The position numbers and the translations under genes were made by a program. From NCBI GenBank assembly GCA_037142195.1, contig JBAXBA010000014.1, positions 1-56,203 on the forward strand: a stretch of DNA of 56,203 bases, written 5' to 3'. The notes beneath the pieces were generated by a model. It was given only the letters and a program-made list of their open reading frames with translations, did not search any database and was not told the origin of the DNA. Numbering within the stretch: position 1 is the first letter of the stretch; every line of letters begins with the position of its first letter. Positions 51,431 through 56,203 of the stretch are shown piece by piece. The DNA is from Pseudomonadota bacterium. GTDB taxonomy: Bacteria > Bdellovibrionota_B > Oligoflexia > Oligoflexales > CAIMVM01.

Positions 51431-54247
51431 ATGGATGATTTCAACTTAGAATTTAGACAAACTTTCCTCGAAGAGTTTTCCGAGTCTGCCCACAGAATGG
51501 AAACTCTATTCATGGTGCTAGAGAAGCAACCATCCGACTCTGACTGTATTGATGAAATCTTTCGTCTCATGCATAACACAAAAGGTTCTAGCCGAGCGGT
51601 GGGCCTAGACGATATGGCCAAACTTGCTCATTCGTGTGAAAGCCTCCTTTCTGACATTCGAAGTGGAAAGACGGCTGCAAGCGTTGCCATCGTAGATCCT
51701 CTTTTGAAAGCTCTTGACGCCATGAGATGGGGAGCTGAAAACATTGAAACTTCAGCTGAAAATCCAGCAATATTTGAACAAGCCATATCCAACCTGCAAT
51801 CCTTCTCTCTACCTCCAACTGCCGCCCCCTTGGAAGCTCAAACTCCTAAAACGTCGCCCCAGGCAGATAAGGCTTCTTCTGAAACTGAATTCATAGACTT
51901 CTCTAAAGAAGTAATCGACGACACTCCCAACACTTTAAATGCCGTCAACAAAGTAAGTAGTAGTGATGATAAAAATTCAACACCTCAAAAAAGAGATGAC
52001 GCAAAAAACTTGCCTTCAACTCCTGAACATCAAGCAAACGCAGCCAGTAGCTCGAAAACTGACGACTCAATTAGGGTCAATCTATCCAAACTAGACGAAA
52101 TACAGAACAAATTCGGCGAGCAAGTGATACTTCAATCCGTCCTAGATCATGTCATGGCGCAGAGCCCCATCGACATGCAGCAATCGGAAAAAATGCATGC
52201 TCAACTGAAGAAGATAAGTGGAAACTTACAAAGCCTTATTCTTAGCTTAAGGATGGTGCCGATTTCATCAGTTTTCGTGCGTCTCAACCGCGCTGTTAGA
52301 GATGTTGCCCTATCCACAAATAAATTGGCAGAATTAGAACTCGTTGGAGGCGAAAGCGAACTAGACAAAAACATTCTTGAACAGCTGGTTGACCCACTGG
52401 TTCATATGGTAAGAAATAGCGTCAACCACGGCATAGAGACTCCAGAAGAGCGTCGAAAAAAACATAAATCTCCTGCTGGAACCATCAAAATAAATGCTCG
52501 GAGACTGGGAAGACATCTCGAAATAGAAATTTCTGATGATGGGAAAGGTCTCTCTAAAGAAAAAATCTTGGAAAAAGCCTACTCTACAGGACTCCTCCCC
52601 AAGGGGCAGGTTCCAGAAAACAAAGAAATATTCAAACTTATATTTGCTAGCGGATTTAGCACCAAGCAAGCAGCGACTGAGTTTTCTGGCCGAGGCGTTG
52701 GAATGGATGTCGTAAGGACAAACATAGAACACATCGGGGGCATGATCGAACTGTCAAGCATTGAGGGCAGGGGCACAACTATAAAACTCAAAATTCCACT
52801 GACCCTGGCAATTGTGCCGGGCTTGATTATAAAGTCTCAAAACCAAAACTTTACTATACCCCAAAGTGACCTTGTGGAACTTGTAAGAATAGATGCAGAG
52901 GAATCCAAAGGCGAAAAAATAGCGATGTTGCAAGGCACCAAGGTTCTCAAACTACGCGAAAAGATCTTGCCTCTTCTGAATTTGTCGGAAATCCTAAAAA
53001 AGAAAGATCCGACACAGCCCAAATTAGAAGCAAAATCCCTGAAGACGGGTTCCATCAATATCGTGATCTTAAATGCTGACTCATTTCATTTCGGATTAGA
53101 AGTGGAATCGGTGGTAGACACCGCAGATGTCGTTGTAAAGCCATTACCCTCCTTTCTTAAGCAGATGAGTTACTTTTCCGGTGCTTCTATAATGGGAGAT
53201 GGATCAGTCGCATTGACTCTCGACACATTGGGAATGCTACAGTTCACTAGTTCCCACGCAGAAGTCGAAAGTAAACACTTCGCAGACACTGAAGTATCAC
53301 AGGCCTCTCTAAGTCAGCATCAATTGGATTCCTCTGAGTTTTTAATGATTGATGTCGGTGCTCCTGGAAATTATGTGATTCCAGTAAATGTCGTTAATAG
53401 GCTGGAAGAGTTCCATACTAGAGACTTCGAATTTTCTGGAGAACAAAGAGTTGTAAGATATCGAAACACTTTACTCCCCATATTCTCTCTACCTAATTTC
53501 TTGAATCTTCCTTCCACCCACATTCCTACTGACAGAGAAAAATTGCCTGTTGTAGTCATAAAACGAGGGGATAGTTTTTTTGGAATCGAGGTAGTGCAAA
53601 TCTTGGATGTGGCCAATTTGCCTTCAAAAATGAGTATGGCAATCCGCGACCGTCCAGGCATTTTAGGCACTATGGCGGTTAATGAAACAGTTCTAGTTGT
53701 AGTTGATGTTTTGGGGATCATTGATTCGATTAGACATCGACTGGCAGTAGCCGCAGGAATTACTCCAAAAGACTCTGATCTTGGACCTAAATCTTCCAAA
53801 GTAGAAATGTCACATAAGCGCCGTGAACATCGCATTTTAATCGTAGAAGACAGCTCATTCTTTAGAAATCTTATGAGAAAGACTCTAACCGAAGCCGGCT
53901 ATCAAACGGAAGTTGCCTGCGATGGCGCAGAGGGCTGGAATACCTTAGAAAATGCAGATTCAAACTACTTTAGCCTTGTTTTATCTGACATCGAAATGCC
54001 AGAATTAACAGGCCTTGAGCTCGCCAAGATGATTTTGGAAGACAAAAAACTCTGCAAAATACCTTTGATCGCAATCACCACAAAAGCTACCAGTTATGAC
54101 CGAGAAATAGGCCTCAAATCAGGATTTTCTCGCTATCTTGAAAAGCTAAATCCAGAAATTCTAGTTTCTGAAATTGATTCTTTAGTTTTAAGTCACAAGA
54201 CCCTTTCTGTGCCTAGAGAAGAGTTGAAACTTACAAGTAATTTTTGA
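51431..54247 (+). CDS. cheA: Hybrid chemotaxis kinase CheA (Hpt-dimerisation-HATPase-CheW-CheW-REC)
   Basis: IFRLMHNTKGSS Hpt, RMVP, HMVRNSVNHGIE, DDGKG, SGRGVGMDVV, PLTLAI, two CheW domains, C-terminal LIVED...SDIEMP. Confidence 0.92.
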   Translation: MDDFNLEFRQTFLEEFSESAHRMETLFMVLEKQPSDSDCIDEIFRLMHNTKGSSRAVGLDDMAKLAHSCESLLSDIRSGKTAASVAIVDPLLKALDAMRWGAENIETSAENPAIFEQAISNLQSFSLPPTAAPLEAQTPKTSPQADKASSETEFIDFSKEVIDDTPNTLNAVNKVSSSDDKNSTPQKRDDAKNLPSTPEHQANAASSSKTDDSIRVNLSKLDEIQNKFGEQVILQSVLDHVMAQSPIDMQQSEKMHAQLKKISGNLQSLILSLRMVPISSVFVRLNRAVRDVALSTNKLAELELVGGESELDKNILEQLVDPLVHMVRNSVNHGIETPEERRKKHKSPAGTIKINARRLGRHLEIEISDDGKGLSKEKILEKAYSTGLLPKGQVPENKEIFKLIFASGFSTKQAATEFSGRGVGMDVVRTNIEHIGGMIELSSIEGRGTTIKLKIPLTLAIVPGLIIKSQNQNFTIPQSDLVELVRIDAEESKGEKIAMLQGTKVLKLREKILPLLNLSEILKKKDPTQPKLEAKSLKTGSINIVILNADSFHFGLEVESVVDTADVVVKPLPSFLKQMSYFSGASIMGDGSVALTLDTLGMLQFTSSHAEVESKHFADTEVSQASLSQHQLDSSEFLMIDVGAPGNYVIPVNVVNRLEEFHTRDFEFSGEQRVVRYRNTLLPIFSLPNFLNLPSTHIPTDREKLPVVVIKRGDSFFGIEVVQILDVANLPSKMSMAIRDRPGILGTMAVNETVLVVVDVLGIIDSIRHRLAVAAGITPKDSDLGPKSSKVEMSHKRREHRILIVEDSSFFRNLMRKTLTEAGYQTEVACDGAEGWNTLENADSNYFSLVLSDIEMPELTGLELAKMILEDKKLCKIPLIAITTKATSYDREIGLKSGFSRYLEKLNPEILVSEIDSLVLSHKTLSVPREELKLTSNF

Positions 54248-54548
54248 TCCATCTAAGAAGGCATGTTCTTCCCTAAAGTCAGCTTTCTTAGAGGTATTCC
54301 TTCATTCAGAGTGCCGAGACTAGCTACGATTAAAACTGAAGCAAAAGCAGAGACCTATTTAAATAAATTGGACCCAATACTCTTACTTCAGTTATTTTTG
54401 GCCTCCAAACTCTGAAAACGATCTGGCACGACAACTGAGTGCACTAGGTGAATCCTTAGCCATCTGTGACTGCAAGATCAAGGCAATGAAAGCCATGCTT
54501 CATCGAATGGACATCAGATGCCATAACCCACTTCTCTAGATAGAATGC

Positions 54549-56008
54549 CTAATGCTTGTAGGGCGAGCCCACTGCACATGGACTGTAAGGAGTTCCCTGG
54601 GGCGGAGACATTTGCGGATAGCCGTTCATTCCAGCATTTCCGCTTATGGGAGCTGAGTTTGTTGGACCCATTCCATTATTGTATTGTGGCTGCGCAGGAA
54701 CCGGATAGGAAGTAGAACTCCCGCCATTCGAGCAGGGATTGCTCCCGTATGTGTAGGGTTCTATGGAATTTGATGGCTTTGGGTAGTTTCTTGGGGGGCC
54801 ATCTTGTTCATCGAATCTCATGTTTAATACATCTTGTGAATGGCCCACTTCGTTTTGACTCTGAAAGGGAGAACTTGGAATACAATAAATTTTTCCCCCT
54901 GCGCGAAAGTCCTTACTGTTATCGAGGGACTTGTAACCATCTGCACAATTTGTAATTTTCCCAGAAGCTAAATTGTCCAAAATAGAAAACAAACCTTTTT
55001 TATCATCTTCTTGAATCGTCCCCTTGGCAATCAAGTGATTCCCCATGAGGGCATTCGGGGTCTTTTAAGGGCAGAACCTGTTGCATCTTCTACATATACA
55101 TCTTTAAGAAAAAACAAATGCCCGATTTCATGTATCATGGCCCACTTGCCAGTAATCCCATCAAAATAAGGAACTTCTCCATTAAGATTTTCTGCTTCCT
55201 TGCTACCTAACATATAGTTAGGAAGGCCAATTGTAATTTCAAGGTCCTCTGCATCAGCAAAAGCCCGATCCCAAACTCCGTTATCCTGTTCATCTTCAAC
55301 CAGACGTTTTTTTAAAATTTCTCTAAATTTTTCTCTTTCATTAGGATCTTTTTGGGCTTCGACGACTAGCTGAGCCCAAAGATTTTTAAGTCGTTTTGCG
55401 AAACTATCATTTATTAAAAGAAGAGATTGTCCAAAAGTTTGATAAGAACTTTGAATCGTCTGCGCGGCAGACTTTAACGTCAATCCAGTAATGGTAACTC
55501 CATTTTCACACTGAAAATTTTCCAAATCTTTAGAAAATTTCGTATAAGTAGGCTTTACGATTTCAAGATACCTTTGCAAGGACTCCTCATAATTCTTATG
55601 GGGGCCTTCGATGTAAGCATTGAGCTTCGCCAAAAACACGGGATCATTTGTTTGACGGATTTTATTGATCGCTCGAATCGCATTTCCAGCGTCGATTCTC
55701 TTAAACTCAATGTTTGGCCTAGCAGGCCCTCTCCAAGTGGAATGTTGGGAGGCCACCTCTAGCCAGCTGTAAAGTCCTGCTCGAAAGTCAGCTTCTAAGT
55801 GATCCAAATAGGCAGTCCCAACTGGGGCATTCGGATTTTCATTCAAAAGACAAACCTTGAGTGTCGCTTCAGGCTTATTCAATAGTTCAAAAATCGAGCC
55901 TTTTAAAACAACCTCTTTCGGTACCGCATACTTGGTGTCAGATTCTTGAATGGGAGGCTTACATGACCCCACAGCAGATAGCATTACAAAAAAGCAGAAT
56001 GCTCGCAT
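54549..56008 (-). pseudogene. Metzincin-like zinc metalloprotease lipoprotein split by a 1-bp frameshift (ORFs 55031..56008 and 54549..55046)
   Basis: VGSC lipobox; HEIGHLFFLKDVY in ORF1; the -1 frame continues KTPNALMG (Met-turn-like) and QEDDKKGL. Confidence 0.72.
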
Positions 56009-56135
56009 GAATTGTGTCCTTTAAGAAATTTCAAGATAACGTGGAACCTTTGGATTTTGAGTCCAAATCGATCTCTATATTCATTCTAGCAAGCCTGGTT
56101 TGGCGGGAACAATCATCCTAATTTGCCTAGCCACC

Positions 56136-56203
56136 AATGAAAGCAAGAAATGAAAGCAAGAAATGAAAGCAAGAAATGAAAGCAAGAAATGAAAGCAAGA
56201 AAT
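56136..56203 (+). repeat. Tandem repeat, >=5 x 13-bp AATGAAAGCAAGA, running off the window end
   Basis: Exact units at 56136, 56149, 56162, 56175 and 56188 plus a partial unit. Confidence 0.97.

Noticed and set aside
55057..55070. Programmed -1 ribosomal frameshift in the metalloprotease
   Set aside because: Zero-frame CTT AAA AGA CCC is not a canonical slippery heptamer; an indel is simpler

Overview
A 56-kb, roughly 40-45% GC bacterial chromosomal segment. The gene set (delta-type MreB operon, a DgcB-like FHA-GGDEF cyclase, many orphan lipoproteins) suggests Bdellovibrionota/Oligoflexia, but this is an inference. Housekeeping genes are trmL, hisC, ugd, an NAD kinase, a PpiD/SurA-like foldase and mreBCD-mrdA-rodA-purC. 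Main observations: (1) A six-gene minus-strand operon (19122->11767) whose flavin monooxygenase and aldo-keto reductase closely resemble SmoC/SmoB of the sulfoquinovose monooxygenase (sulfo-SMO) pathway. Its glycosidase is a YicI/alpha-xylosidase-type GH31 rather than a canonical sulfoquinovosidase, and the flavin reductase, ABC ATPase and regulator are missing. (2) Four separate solo AAA_14/DUF4143 (ATPase-wHTH-PD-(D/E)xK-like) genes, each preceded by its own distinct palindrome, which overlaps a clear sigma70-like promoter in three cases. (3) A SNF2 helicase with a long unrecognised N-terminus plus an unknown partner gene. Also present: a subtilase lacking its catalytic residues next to a SCO-like gene, two genes broken by single lesions, a DsrE/F/H-like trio, an orphan hybrid CheA and three purine-rich minisatellites. 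No rRNA, tRNA, CRISPR array or transposase was recognised. All family calls come from motif recognition and recall, not database searches.
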